Virus record (IMG/VR): IMGVR_UViG_3300028025_002503
Span: 6,522 to 70,521 of that record
Length of the DNA: 64,000 nt
Source of the DNA: a virus
Reading direction: 5' to 3' (one strand)
A program made the translations under genes and the position numbers. Under the pieces are notes generated by a model that was not told the DNA's origin, did not search any database, and was given only the letters and a program-made list of their open reading frames with translations. Positions within the stretch are counted from its first letter, which is position 1; the number at the start of each line of letters is the position of its first letter. Shown piece by piece: positions 63,782 to 64,000 of the stretch.

Positions 63782-64000
63782 TTATTTTAAATTTTCAATA
63801 TTAAGAATCTCTTTGTCTTCTATCCATCCCTGCCAAACTTCCATGTCATTATCAAATACTATACCAATATTCTCTTCCCAATAAAGTTTTAAGTCTTCTG
63901 ATTTATTGAACACTCTAAATTGCAAACTTATCTCATCTTTAGATATTCCATTTTTCTTAACTTTAAGAATCTTTGGAAACAAATCTTGAAAATCTTTAGA
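63782..64000 (-). CDS. Hypothetical protein, 5'-truncated by the window edge
   Basis: Frame is open to base 64000. Confidence 0.55.
   Translation of the reverse strand, partial: SKDFQDLFPKILKVKKNGISKDEISLQFRVFNKSEDLKLYWEENIGIVFDNDMEVWQGWIEDKEILNIENLK

Noticed and set aside
1-64000. Stop-codon reassignment (TAG or TGA), known in some crAss-like phages
   Set aside because: Code 11 gives dense, very long ORFs, and TAG/TGA serve as real stops (e.g. 38006, 43448, 55062).
1-64000. CRISPR array, tRNA or rRNA genes
   Set aside because: No regularly spaced repeats or cloverleaf-like sequence seen; intergenic gaps are short and explained by promoters and terminators. A tRNAscan run would be needed to exclude tRNAs fully.
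1-64000. Prophage or integrated element
   Set aside because: No integrase, att-flanked boundary or host housekeeping genes in the window; lifestyle cannot be settled from this segment alone.

Overview
A 64-kb segment of a lytic-looking dsDNA phage genome, most consistent with a crAss-like phage (Crassvirales or a close relative) infecting a Bacteroidota host. The standard genetic code gives long intact ORFs. The + strand (1-56024) is a late/virion region: tail-collar-type fibre end, metallophosphoesterase, ring/IHF-like/tail-tube/muzzle block (muzzle apparently split), cargo/ejection proteins, a 4581-aa polyprotein carrying the DFDID virion RNA polymerase motif, a 1598-aa partner, mosaic tail fibres, a lysis cassette (spanin-like, holin, GH19 endolysin), two tandem paralog families with shared N-terminal adaptors, a ferritin-like gene and a run of small Lys-rich genes. 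The - strand (56055-64000) carries PhoH, GIY-YIG and HNH endonucleases, dUTPase, RecA and class II RNR. The two arms meet at a bidirectional terminator (~56022-56057). Eight Bacteroidota-type promoters (TTG-N18-20-TAnnTTTG) are visible, several embedded in palindromes. Highlights: (i) a recurring xxxGG-type motif shared by cargo proteins and the small basic proteins, (ii) several plug-in N-terminal adaptor families on variable surface domains, (iii) recombination-box mosaicism of the fibres, (iv) palindrome-embedded promoters. All family assignments come from motif recognition by eye, not database searches.
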